A stretch of DNA of 64,000 nucleotides from Spirochaetota bacterium (GTDB lineage: Bacteria > Spirochaetota > UBA4802 > UBA5550), in contig CAXXHB010000003.1 in the NCBI GenBank assembly GCA_963664815.2, forward strand, positions 2,176,001 to 2,240,000, written 5' to 3'. Numbering within the stretch: position 1 is the stretch's first letter; each line of letters begins with the position of its first letter. The notes under the pieces are model-generated. The model did no database searches. It saw only the letters and a list, made by a program, of their open reading frames with translations, and was not told the DNA's origin. Positions 49,415 to 59,424 of the stretch are shown here, one piece after another. The position numbers were made by a program, and so were the translations under genes.

Positions 49415-50599
49415 TCACATATACTTCATAATCAGCAGCGACATATCATCCCCCTGCGCATTTCCGAATCTCCAGCTTTTCAGTTCTTCAAAAACAATAT
49501 TTTTAATCTGTTCTATTGCACTTTTACGGTATTTCATTGCAAGGGAGAGTATCTTCTGCTCTCCAAAACACTTGTCTGCCAGGTTAATCTGTTCGGGCAG
49601 ACCGTCAGTATATGACAGAAGCATATCCCCCTGTCCTAGTCTTAATTTCGCTTTAACCGGAACCAGTTCCTTTTTTATTCCAAGAGGAAGATTGTCATTA
49701 TTTGCGGAAGCCTGAGCTGCCGTACCCTCTTTTAACAGGTAAACCATTGAATGCCCCATATCGTACAGGTCAAGTTCCCCTGTTATTTCATTGAAATCAA
49801 TGAATATCCCTGTCAGAAAAATCTCCCCATCAAACAGTCCGTGAATATATGAATTGATTCTGCAGATAAGCCCGTCTATACCGCTGCTGAAATCATAGGC
49901 AGCATACATACTGCTTACCGCCACAGATATCAGCCCGGCATTCAATCCTTTGCCTGAAACATCGCAGAGTGAAATAAACCAGCGTTTATCTCCTATCTCA
50001 CGGACGTACTGGAAATCACCCCCGGTTTCACCCGCCATCATCATATATCCGGCAACAGACATTCTGCGTGACTCAATATAAATTTCATCCCTGACAATGG
50101 CAGAATGAATTCTCCTGGCTGCTTTAAGCTCACGGGTCATCATGTCCGAAAGAAAAAGAACAAGATCAAATGTTGATATTAAGCCCCTGTAACTGTTTTC
50201 CGTATCAATCAGGATATAGAACCTGTTGTATACCGATCTTAACTCATCCGAGAGCTCATCTATGACTGAAAAGGTATTCCTTTTATAATAGATCATTTCA
50301 GCCGGCCTGACTACATCCTTAATACTTTTGTTAAGGTAAAGCTCTCTTCCGAACATCTGTCCTATCAGTGAAAACAGCTCATTTCTTATAATAACACCTG
50401 TAGCCTTGCCGTTTATGTCTGCAACACCAAGCGCCTGCATTCCGCTGTTGCCGGTGAAAATCTCAGCCGCATCTCCTACTGTGCATTCATCAGTTATATA
50501 ACAGGCAGTGGATATCCTTTTGCAAATAAGCTCGCCGCCGCCATTCTCCCTTTCAACTGACTTTAGTATGCTGTTTATCAATTCCGGTGTTGTTTTCAT
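49415..50599 (-). CDS. CBS-pair + SpoIIE/PP2C phosphatase
   Basis: N-terminal CBS-like pair (...FGRELY...); GGDF, DVSGKG, YTDG, GDD. Confidence 0.85.
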   Translation of the reverse strand: MKTTPELINSILKSVERENGGGELICKRISTACYITDECTVGDAAEIFTGNSGMQALGVADINGKATGVIIRNELFSLIGQMFGRELYLNKSIKDVVRPAEMIYYKRNTFSVIDELSDELRSVYNRFYILIDTENSYRGLISTFDLVLFLSDMMTRELKAARRIHSAIVRDEIYIESRRMSVAGYMMMAGETGGDFQYVREIGDKRWFISLCDVSGKGLNAGLISVAVSSMYAAYDFSSGIDGLICRINSYIHGLFDGEIFLTGIFIDFNEITGELDLYDMGHSMVYLLKEGTAAQASANNDNLPLGIKKELVPVKAKLRLGQGDMLLSYTDGLPEQINLADKCFGEQKILSLAMKYRKSAIEQIKNIVFEELKSWRFGNAQGDDMSLLIMKYM

Positions 50600-52331
50600 T
50601 GTTCTCCTGATTATTCTCCTGACCTTTCAATAAGTTTATATTTTTAACAAGGAGAACCTGATTCCCTTTCGAATTATACCGCACCTCGTCAAAAATACTT
50701 TTTACCATCGCTATACCTCTTCCATGCATAAGACCTAGTTCAGCCGTTTCATCGCTTATCACTGACAAATACTTCCTGTGATTGAATCCCTTCCCCTGAT
50801 CGGTAATCTTGTACACGGCCTTCTCTGGTGATATCATGTATTCAATCCGTACCCTCTTCTCCCTGAAATCGGGATGTCTCTGCCGTTCATTAATAAAATC
50901 AAAATATCTGTCTGACAGTATCGCCTCTGTTTTCTCATCAAACGATATATTAAGGTTTCCATGCTCTATAGAATTCAGAATAATCTCTCTAAGCCCTATC
51001 CTTATTACAGTGATATCGCTTTTATCAATATACTTCTGCAGGTTGTTTGTTATTCTGTGTGATATATCATCCGCTTCGAAGAGAAGATTTTTTATCATAT
51101 ACTCGCACTTCTCACTTATAAATGCCTCGGTAAACCTGTCATCCGTCAGCTTAACCGCTTTTCCTATTATCTCTTTTTTCCCGTCTATCTCAATAAATTC
51201 CAGATTTATCATAAACTCCACAGGCTCTATCAGGTTCGGAGTCTTTAACTGGGCATTGAATTTCAATGCCCTGTTCTCTTTTCTCGATTCTTCAAGTTTT
51301 TCTGTCACAATTCTGCGAAGTATTGTAGCATCAGTAAGTTCATCACATATAAGGTCAATCAATCTGAACTTTGTAACTGCATCAGGACTTATTTTAAGCT
51401 GTGTTTTAATTGCGTCATTGGCAGTTACAAAATACCAGTCGGCATCAAGGGTAAAAATGATATCCGTTGTACCCTCAACTATCTGTCTGTATTTTTTTTC
51501 AGATACAGATAACAGCCGGTTTTTATCTTCAATTTCATCTTTTGATAAAATAAGTTTATTCTCGGTAATTTTATGTTCATCAATCTCTTTTTTAAGGGAA
51601 GTATTCGCTTCAACATACTCCCTTGTTCTCTCCTGCACCATTTTCTCCAGTATATTATGTGTTTTAAGCAGCCTTCTTCCCATCTGTCTCCCGTAATAGA
51701 TTAAAAGAATAATAAATATAATGGTGGACATCACAACTATAACCAAATAACGGCTGTTTACAAAGAAGCTTTGTCTGACACCACCCTTTTCAATTCTCGA
51801 TGCAATGTCAGTGAGGGAATTCAGAAGCTCATTTTCTATTCCTCTGGTAACGACAATTTTTTCATGAACATTTTTGAAATTTCTGTTTTCCATATCAGCT
51901 ATGTGATTCGTAAACTGCAGTGTCATGCTCTTATGAATCAATCTGAGCTTCTCTATATCATCCGATATCTCCTTTTCTCCGCTGTTCTGAAGTTTGAGAT
52001 TGAATAAAATATTCTGAACACTCTCGGATTTTTTTGAAAACTCATGAAAGTTGATCTGAAATTCGGAATAGCTTCCATCCGATATAAGTATATTATTCCA
52101 TGCTATTACCTGTTCATGCAGCGCAATCTGCGCGCTTCGTGCCAGACTTATACCCATATAATTTTCAGAGAGATCATTCGAGGTTCCGAAGATTGAATAA
52201 ATACCAAGAGCTGCATTCAATATAAATATTATAAAAAATGCCGTTAATCCGCCGCTGATCAGCATGTATGTCTCATTCTTTTCGCTGCTGAAAAATTTTT
52301 TTAATAATAACAAATCTTTTATCTTCTTCAT
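50553..52331 (-). CDS. Membrane sensor with helical periplasmic domain, coiled coil, PAS and RsbW-like (anti-sigma Ser kinase) HATPase domain
   Basis: Two TM; KYRQIVE PAS start; EIILNSIEHGN, ITDQGKGF, HGRGIAMV, FDEVRYN.KGN; no HisKA box. Confidence 0.8.
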   Translation of the reverse strand: MKKIKDLLLLKKFFSSEKNETYMLISGGLTAFFIIFILNAALGIYSIFGTSNDLSENYMGISLARSAQIALHEQVIAWNNILISDGSYSEFQINFHEFSKKSESVQNILFNLKLQNSGEKEISDDIEKLRLIHKSMTLQFTNHIADMENRNFKNVHEKIVVTRGIENELLNSLTDIASRIEKGGVRQSFFVNSRYLVIVVMSTIIFIILLIYYGRQMGRRLLKTHNILEKMVQERTREYVEANTSLKKEIDEHKITENKLILSKDEIEDKNRLLSVSEKKYRQIVEGTTDIIFTLDADWYFVTANDAIKTQLKISPDAVTKFRLIDLICDELTDATILRRIVTEKLEESRKENRALKFNAQLKTPNLIEPVEFMINLEFIEIDGKKEIIGKAVKLTDDRFTEAFISEKCEYMIKNLLFEADDISHRITNNLQKYIDKSDITVIRIGLREIILNSIEHGNLNISFDEKTEAILSDRYFDFINERQRHPDFREKRVRIEYMISPEKAVYKITDQGKGFNHRKYLSVISDETAELGLMHGRGIAMVKSIFDEVRYNSKGNQVLLVKNINLLKGQENNQENNENNTGIDKQHTKVS

Positions 52332-52387
52332 AATCAGTTTGAGCTCCTTTGCATATGAGCAATACTCAATGGAGGTAATCCGGATTT

Positions 52388-52505
52388 TATAAGGATTATG
52401 TTTAAAAATTGTTAAAAACCCTTTTTTTATAAAGCCGGATCAGCGGCGAATAAGTCAGAACAGCGGATTAATAATAATTTATAAAAACTTAACATGATCT
52501 TTATT
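52388..52505. promoter_or_regulatory. Two divergent Pho-box-like arrays
   Basis: Minus strand TTAACA/TAAACA/CTTATA (52415-52388); plus strand TTTATA/TTAACA/TTTATT (52478, 52489, 52500); both at 11-bp period. Confidence 0.55.
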
Positions 52506-52642
52506 AAATCTAAAAACTGCTCTTCTAAATTCCTGCATGAACATATGGCCGGCATAACATCAGAAATCAATAACACGTATCAGATATTATGTTGTTCATA
52601 ATTTTTTTAATTCTAAAATTTAATAAAAAACAGGAGATTCAA

Positions 52643-53959
52643 ATGAAAAAATTTCTGACAATCTGCATGGCACTTCTTTTTGCAGGCAGTGCATTTGCAC
52701 AGGAGGGAAAAACCGAAGAAAAAAAAGGACCCGAATTCAAATACAGCATATGGGCAAATGCATTTGCTGTAACCGAAGAAACGGCCAAAAAAGATGAAGA
52801 AAAGCAATATTCAAACATCAGAATAAGGCCGATGTTTTCACTCAGTAATGAAAATGTCTCTGTTGTAACAAGATTAGAGATTGACCAGTATTTTGGAGCG
52901 AAATATTCAGCTACAGGGAATGATGTTTCCTATGCAGACCCTGATGGAGATGAAAAAGCCGTTGAAGTTAAATGGGCGTACATCAATGTAAAAGACATGA
53001 TTATGCCTGGCCTTTCCATGACAGCAGGACTTGCGCCATATAAGTACTCAGTCGGTTTCGACAATGACATGCCTCTCTTTAATCTTGTTTACGATGCAGA
53101 TATGTTTAAAATTGACCTCTCTTATATAAAATTTGTTGAAGGTTCAACAACAGATACAAGTGCCGCAGTTGCAGCAACTTCGACAGAGGGTGTCAAAGCT
53201 AAAGATGATGCTCAGGCGTATGCTGCAAAATTACCTGTAAAGCTTGGCGACATTACCGTAACTCCATCTGTTCTCTATTTCACAGGTGACAATAATGTTA
53301 CAAACTCAACCGGTACAGCTTTAGGTTATACTTCAAAACTAACTATGCCGGCACTTGGCGTAAAGGCTAAACTCGGCGATATTTCACTTGATGGAGACTT
53401 CCAGTACATAACAGGAGAAACAAAAGACAATTTAACTTCTGTAAAAACCGATGTTGCGGCTTACGCGGCTTTTGTTAATGCAGGTTTCAAAGCTTCCGAC
53501 ACTCTCAAGCTGAACGTTTTCGGCCTTTATTCAACAGGGGAAGACGATAAAGCTGATAAAACCACTTCATTCCAGACAGCCTGCCAGGATGAAATTGAAG
53601 TGGGACCTATGTTTATCATCAACGACAATGGTCTTATCACACAGGTCGGCATTTCAAAAGAATATGACAAAATTACTGAAGGTCTTATAATGTTTGGTTT
53701 TTCAGCAGAAGCTAAACTTGACAAGCTTACAGCTCTTGCACAGGTGGCATATGCTAAAACAGCATCTGACAAAGTTGTTAAAGATACAGCTCTTGGAACT
53801 GAAATTGACCTCAGACTGTCATATGAAGTTGCACCCAAAACCTCTCTCTGGGTTGAAGGCGCTTACCTTGCAGGAGGAAAGTATATTGAAACAACAAACA
53901 CTGCAAGTGGTGACCAGAACCCGATGTATTATGCAGCAGGTTTATTGACAAGTTTCTGA
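52643..53959 (+). CDS. Outer-membrane porin-like beta-barrel protein
   Basis: AGGAG RBS, signal peptide ending AFA, amphipathic strands, LGTEIDL, C-terminal Phe. Confidence 0.8.
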   Translation: MKKFLTICMALLFAGSAFAQEGKTEEKKGPEFKYSIWANAFAVTEETAKKDEEKQYSNIRIRPMFSLSNENVSVVTRLEIDQYFGAKYSATGNDVSYADPDGDEKAVEVKWAYINVKDMIMPGLSMTAGLAPYKYSVGFDNDMPLFNLVYDADMFKIDLSYIKFVEGSTTDTSAAVAATSTEGVKAKDDAQAYAAKLPVKLGDITVTPSVLYFTGDNNVTNSTGTALGYTSKLTMPALGVKAKLGDISLDGDFQYITGETKDNLTSVKTDVAAYAAFVNAGFKASDTLKLNVFGLYSTGEDDKADKTTSFQTACQDEIEVGPMFIINDNGLITQVGISKEYDKITEGLIMFGFSAEAKLDKLTALAQVAYAKTASDKVVKDTALGTEIDLRLSYEVAPKTSLWVEGAYLAGGKYIETTNTASGDQNPMYYAAGLLTSF

Positions 53960-54016
53960 TATTTCACATATTTAAAGATAAACAATTTTTCATAAATCAT
54001 TGTGCTCCGTCATCCT

Positions 54017-54042
54017 GGGATCTCTTTTTGAGATCCCTTTTT
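54017..54042 (+). terminator. Intrinsic terminator after the porin gene
   Basis: GGGATCTC-N5-GAGATCCC-TTTTT. Confidence 0.85.
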
Positions 54043-54122
54043 ATTAATAAAATTTAATATTTATCCCCGTATTGATCTATGTACTTTCCGGGTTTTTTCC
54101 CGGATTTAATCCGGAATGGGAT

Positions 54123-54161
54123 TAAATATAATATTTACAATTTCTTTATTATTTCTTTAAA
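54123..54161 (+). promoter_or_regulatory. Pho-box-like array upstream of pstC
   Basis: TAAATA 54123, TTTACA 54134, TTTATT 54145, TTTAAA 54156. Confidence 0.55.
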
Positions 54162-54210
54162 AATTATGATATTGTAGTATTAAGAAAAACAATATTTTCA
54201 TTACCGACAG

Positions 54211-55155
54211 GTGTATAATAAGAATATGACAGTAATACATGATAAAAATAAAAACAGTAATATAAAATTTAAAAAGCATAACAGCATATATTTTGATATT
54301 ATTATAGAAAAATTCTTTTATATTGTCGGTTTTTCATCACTTCTTGTACTTTTGACAATAATGATTTTTTTAATAAAAGAGGGTATCCCCCTTTTTAAAG
54401 AGATAAGTATTTCTGATTTTATCCTTGGAAAAGAGTGGTATCCCACAAGCAGTAATCCGAGGTTTGGAATTCTGCCGCTGATAATTTCCTCTGTTTATAT
54501 TACTTTAATTGCCTCTGTAATAGCTATTCCCCTGAGCCTCTCTGTAGCAATATATATCGCAGAGCTTGCAGGGAATACGATGAAAGAGATTGTCAAACCG
54601 GCTGTTGAGATAATCGCCTCGATACCATCGGTTATTGTCGGTTTTTTCGGCATGGTTGTCGTTGCACCCTTTTTAATGGAACATTTTGATATTGATTCAG
54701 GGTTAAATCTTCTTAATGCCTCTCTGATGCTGGCATTTATGGCTATTCCGACAATTGCGAGTATTTCGGAAGATGCAATATCATCTGTACCGATGAGCCT
54801 TAAAGAAGCCTCATATGCACTTGGAGCTAACAGATGGCAGACTATAATTTATGTTACCATACCGGCTTCATTGTCCGGCATATGGACGGCAATAATTTTA
54901 GGCATTTCAAGAGTAATCGGCGAAACTATGATTGTGCTTATGGTTGCAGGGGGGGCATCAGTTATACCCGACTCTGTATTCAGTCCTGTCCGTCCATTAA
55001 CTTCAAATATCGCCGCTGAAATGGCCGAAGCGTCAGTCGGCGGAACACATTACAGGGCGCTTTTTGCAATAGGGATAATTCTTTTTATAATTACATTCAT
55101 TTTCAATATAATAGCAGATTATCTGTCAAATAAATATAAATTCAAGACGGGTTGA
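54211..55155 (+). CDS. pstC: Phosphate ABC transporter permease PstC (start uncertain)
   Basis: WYP...FGILPLI, IPSVIVG, EASYALGA, RVIGETM. Confidence 0.93.
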   Translation: MYNKNMTVIHDKNKNSNIKFKKHNSIYFDIIIEKFFYIVGFSSLLVLLTIMIFLIKEGIPLFKEISISDFILGKEWYPTSSNPRFGILPLIISSVYITLIASVIAIPLSLSVAIYIAELAGNTMKEIVKPAVEIIASIPSVIVGFFGMVVVAPFLMEHFDIDSGLNLLNASLMLAFMAIPTIASISEDAISSVPMSLKEASYALGANRWQTIIYVTIPASLSGIWTAIILGISRVIGETMIVLMVAGGASVIPDSVFSPVRPLTSNIAAEMAEASVGGTHYRALFAIGIILFIITFIFNIIADYLSNKYKFKTG

Positions 55156-55231
55156 TTTAAAAATACAAATGGAGTGACATTTAAATTTACTCATTCTATG
55201 GCTGAGTGATATAATACAGGATATAATTATT

Positions 55232-56086
55232 ATGAAAACTAAAGCAGATATAATTCAAAGCACCGGTTTTGCATTTGTACGCGCAGGAACACTGATTGTT
55301 ATTGCATCTCTTTTCCTTATACTGGGATTTATTTTTATTAAAGGTTTCTCAGCGCTCTCATGGGAATTTATAAGTGAAATGCCTAAAAATGAAATGACTG
55401 CTGGCGGTATTTTACCGGCAATAATAGGTACTTTTTATCTTATGATAGGTTCTTCAGTAATTTCGATACCGGTTGGTATAATTACGGCCATTTACCTTAC
55501 TGAATATGCAAACAGTCCAAAGATAGTAAAGGTGATAAGACTGGGGATTAATAATCTGGCAGGCGTTCCATCTGTAGTATTCGGGTTATTCGGCTTGAGT
55601 CTTTTTGTTATATTTCTTGATTTCGGAACTTCAATCCTGGCAGGATCTCTTACTCTGGGGCTGCTTAATTTGCCTGTAATTATAAGATCCACCGAGGAGG
55701 CTTTACAGGTGGTCCCCGGCACATACCGGGAAGCATCCCTCTCCCTCGGGGCAACAAAATGGCAGACAATCTACAAAATCATTCTGCCAAATGCCCTCCC
55801 CGGCATTATGACAGGGATAATGCTCTCTCTCGGACGTGCAGCCGGGGAAACTGCCCCCGTCATGTTTACAGCCGCTGCATTTTATACTCCCGATCTTCCG
55901 GTTTCAGTATTCAATCAGACGATGGCTCTTCCATATCACATTTATGTAATGGCTACCGCCGGAACACATATACAGACTACACGGCATCTGCAATACGGAA
56001 CAGCGATTGTACTTATCGGGCTTGTACTGGTATTGAACATGACAGGTCTTATTCTGAGATACCGGTTTAAAAAGAATCTCCGGTAA
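55232..56086 (+). CDS. pstA: Phosphate ABC transporter permease PstA
   Basis: GGILPAIIGT, YLTEY, LAGVPSVVFGLFG, EASLSLGATKWQT, RAAGETAP. Confidence 0.93.
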   Translation: MKTKADIIQSTGFAFVRAGTLIVIASLFLILGFIFIKGFSALSWEFISEMPKNEMTAGGILPAIIGTFYLMIGSSVISIPVGIITAIYLTEYANSPKIVKVIRLGINNLAGVPSVVFGLFGLSLFVIFLDFGTSILAGSLTLGLLNLPVIIRSTEEALQVVPGTYREASLSLGATKWQTIYKIILPNALPGIMTGIMLSLGRAAGETAPVMFTAAAFYTPDLPVSVFNQTMALPYHIYVMATAGTHIQTTRHLQYGTAIVLIGLVLVLNMTGLILRYRFKKNLR

Positions 56087-56124
56087 TATTGTTTATATTA
56101 TCTTCCGGAAATCTGAAGACTGCT

Positions 56125-57564
56125 TCAGGTTTTTCGTGCGACAATAATTGTGATGTCATCCCCCTGTCTGGTGTCTCCTGCAAAACTATCCAGAGAATTT
56201 ACAATATGATCAAGTAAACTCTCTGCAGTATCACCCGAAAATGATAAAAAAGCGTCTGACAGACGTGGAATTCCGAACTGGTAACCTTCATCATTTCTGC
56301 TTTCAATAAGACCATCACTGTATAATACAAGATAATCACCCTTGTTAACACTAAACTTCAGCGATATATATTTCTTTTTATTCTGCGTGATGCCTATTGG
56401 GTGCCCCTTGAATGAATCTGAGGAGTCTCCGATTACACTGACTTTTTTTTCAGACTGCTGATACCATAATATATCGGGATGGCCGGCATTGACATATTCA
56501 ACATTATTATCCTTCATCCGCAGCAGCAGACCGGTAATATACAGATTAACCTCTTCAAGCTGGTCAAAGAGATCCGAATTCGCATATTCAAGCACATCAC
56601 CCAGATCTGATGATCCCGAATTGTTGAAGTATGTATAGATTACCGGTTTGGCAAGAATGGTGATCAGGGCAGCTGCCACTCCATGACCTGAAACATCAAA
56701 TAGTGATACACCCTTGAGAGAATCCCCTTTTGAATAGAAATCATAAAAATCTCCCGAAACAGCGCCATAAGGTTTTGTTACAAACGCTATATCCCAGTCA
56801 CTGATCTCCGGAACCTTACGCGGGAATATTGCGCTCTGAATTTCATTCGCCAGGTTCATTTCTATTTCAGTCAGATGCTGTTCATTTACCAGTCGGTTAT
56901 TCGCAGTTGACAGTTCATTATAAAGAATCTGAAGACCGTTCCGGGCCCTCTTAAGATCTCTTCTTCTTTTATTCATATAGTAGGCTGCCACAGAAATAAG
57001 TATAAAAGCCGGGATAAGGCAAAGAGCAAAAAATGTCTCTCTCTCAAGTGATCCCGGCTGCCCTGCAATCTTGATTGAATACCACACTACTGAATAATAA
57101 CATACAAGTGTTGAAATTGACATGCTGAGCGACTGGAGGGCATTTGTATATGAAAGAACAATGGTTACTGCAGTAAACCCGTTCAGTATTCCGAGAAATC
57201 TCATTTCGCCGAGCCAGAAAACCCATATACAGAAAGCCGCAAGGAATGTTGAAAGATATGCAATGAATATTGCCAGTTCATACCAGACATATCTTATTTT
57301 AGTCACATATGTGATCAATGTGAAAATCATTGTCAGCAGCAGAACACAGGAGCTTATAAAAAAAGTTTTATTATAGGTCAGATCTGTAAGTCCGTAATAA
57401 ATAGCGGAATGTGTTTCAATTGTAGCTATAATATATCCGATAAATACAAGGAAGTTACCGCGTAAAAAAAGAAGATACCTGTCGTGCGGAGTCTCCGTTT
57501 TAAGAAACGATAAGCAGGATTTCAACCTTTCCCGGAGTAAATATTTATGAACAGCGTTTTTCAT
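56125..57564 (-). CDS. Membrane-bound SpoIIE/PP2C phosphatase (about 6 TM)
   Basis: VSGDFYD, DVSGHG, NAGHP, YSDG, GDD. Confidence 0.88.
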   Translation of the reverse strand: MKNAVHKYLLRERLKSCLSFLKTETPHDRYLLFLRGNFLVFIGYIIATIETHSAIYYGLTDLTYNKTFFISSCVLLLTMIFTLITYVTKIRYVWYELAIFIAYLSTFLAAFCIWVFWLGEMRFLGILNGFTAVTIVLSYTNALQSLSMSISTLVCYYSVVWYSIKIAGQPGSLERETFFALCLIPAFILISVAAYYMNKRRRDLKRARNGLQILYNELSTANNRLVNEQHLTEIEMNLANEIQSAIFPRKVPEISDWDIAFVTKPYGAVSGDFYDFYSKGDSLKGVSLFDVSGHGVAAALITILAKPVIYTYFNNSGSSDLGDVLEYANSDLFDQLEEVNLYITGLLLRMKDNNVEYVNAGHPDILWYQQSEKKVSVIGDSSDSFKGHPIGITQNKKKYISLKFSVNKGDYLVLYSDGLIESRNDEGYQFGIPRLSDAFLSFSGDTAESLLDHIVNSLDSFAGDTRQGDDITIIVARKT

Positions 57565-57681
57565 CTTTTTCTCTTTATCATTATTATTAAAATTTGTTTT
57601 TAATCAGCCTGATATGTAATATAACTGCAATTCAGGGTTAATACATTCATTTTATCAGTCTTGTATTATTAAAAACAATCA

Positions 57682-59121
57682 TCAGGTTTTACCCGCTACA
57701 AATAGCGTAATATCATCCGGCTGTTGCATCCGGCCGGTGAAACTGTTCAGCGAATTCATTATATCATCAAGTTTCCCTGCGGCATTAACAGAATTTGATG
57801 ATTTAATTGCTTCAATAAGGCGATTTGTGCCGAAAGGTTCCCCTGAATCATTCCGGCTGCCTGTGAGTCCGTCACTGAAAAATATGAGAAAATCACCAGG
57901 TTTTATTTCAAAATTCAAAACCCGGTAATGATCATCCTGTGAAGCAATCCCTATAGGCGCTCCCTTGAATCTGTCAGATGAATCTTTTATAATATGAACT
58001 GTATTTCTGCGTGCTTTTAAATACAGCAGATCGGGATGACCGGCATTTATATATTCAATTTCATCTCCGTTAATCCGAAGCACAATTCCCGTAATATAGG
58101 GATTTACCTCGTCAAGTTCGCCGAGAATTTCAACATTTGCAGATTCGATCACCTTCCCCAGTCTTTCGTTTTTATTAATGTTAAAATATTTAAACAGCAT
58201 TGGCCTCACCAGAATGGTTATCAACCCCGGCGCAACACCATGCCCCGAAACATCGAAAAGCGATATCCCTTTAAGCGAATTTTTTTCAGTATAAAAATCA
58301 TAGAAATCTCCGGAAACCGCACCTGATGTTACAGTTTTAAAGGCCAGGTCCCAGCCGGTTATATCGGGGATTTTGCCGGTGAAAATCGAATCCTGAATTT
58401 CTCCGGCCAGTTTCATTTCAATATCAGTCAGAACCTGTGACTGCTGTATCTCTATATTTGCTTTTGCAAGTATATTATTCAGTTTCTCAAGTTCTGAAGA
58501 TACTTTCAGAAGCTCATTTCTTTTTCTGTCCATGTAATATGCGATAAAAGTGATAAGAATAAATGCCGGGACAAGGGAAAAACATAGAAATATTTCTTTT
58601 TCAACTGTACCTGGCTGCCCTGCAACTTTTATTGAATAGATCGCTACATTATAATAACAGACCAGAATGCTGGAGGATATAATAAAAGCCTGTAAAAGGT
58701 TAATGTAAAATAAAAGTATGGTGATTGTTGTAATAGCGTTAATGACTGCAAGAAGCCGGAGCTCTCCGAGCCTGTATTCCCATACAGAGAAAGCGGTTAC
58801 AAAAATAACAGCATAAACTGCAAAACCTGCCCACTCATACCATACATGAACAGATTTCTTAACAAGCGGGGTGAGCGAAAGAACTGCTGTTATGAACAGT
58901 ACGAGTAAACTGAAATATATTGATTGTTTTATAGGTACCTTGTGCAGACCGATATATATTGCGGTTAATGTTTCAATTATTGCGATCAACGAACCAGTCG
59001 TAATCAGCATATTACCACGCCTTATCAGGGAATACCTTTCGGGAGAAACTTCGGATTTCAGGTAGGATAAAGCTGAATTTAACCATCCCCTGATAATATA
59101 AAATGATACAACTCTGTTCAT
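57682..59121 (-). CDS. Membrane-bound SpoIIE/PP2C phosphatase, tandem paralogue
   Basis: Same length (479 aa) and motifs as 56125-57564. Confidence 0.88.
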   Translation of the reverse strand: MNRVVSFYIIRGWLNSALSYLKSEVSPERYSLIRRGNMLITTGSLIAIIETLTAIYIGLHKVPIKQSIYFSLLVLFITAVLSLTPLVKKSVHVWYEWAGFAVYAVIFVTAFSVWEYRLGELRLLAVINAITTITILLFYINLLQAFIISSSILVCYYNVAIYSIKVAGQPGTVEKEIFLCFSLVPAFILITFIAYYMDRKRNELLKVSSELEKLNNILAKANIEIQQSQVLTDIEMKLAGEIQDSIFTGKIPDITGWDLAFKTVTSGAVSGDFYDFYTEKNSLKGISLFDVSGHGVAPGLITILVRPMLFKYFNINKNERLGKVIESANVEILGELDEVNPYITGIVLRINGDEIEYINAGHPDLLYLKARRNTVHIIKDSSDRFKGAPIGIASQDDHYRVLNFEIKPGDFLIFFSDGLTGSRNDSGEPFGTNRLIEAIKSSNSVNAAGKLDDIMNSLNSFTGRMQQPDDITLFVAGKT

Positions 59122-59424
59122 TAAAATTCACTTCCAGATAATTTTAAAAGCCTGACACCCCTATCACGTACTAATAATAATAAAACGATCTTACTTAATA
59201 ATTATAATAAAAAAAATCAATAGAAAAACAGATTTATAAAATTTTTTTATACCGGCTATTATTTTCAATTAATTATTTTTTAATTTTTTTAATATAAAAG
59301 CTCAATTTTCTCCGCAATCAAAGGCGGCGTAGAGATATAGTTATTCATTTTCAGACAATATATTTAATAAGAAATTATTAGTGATTATTTTCAATTAAAC
59401 AAATAACCGGATAACATTGTCATT

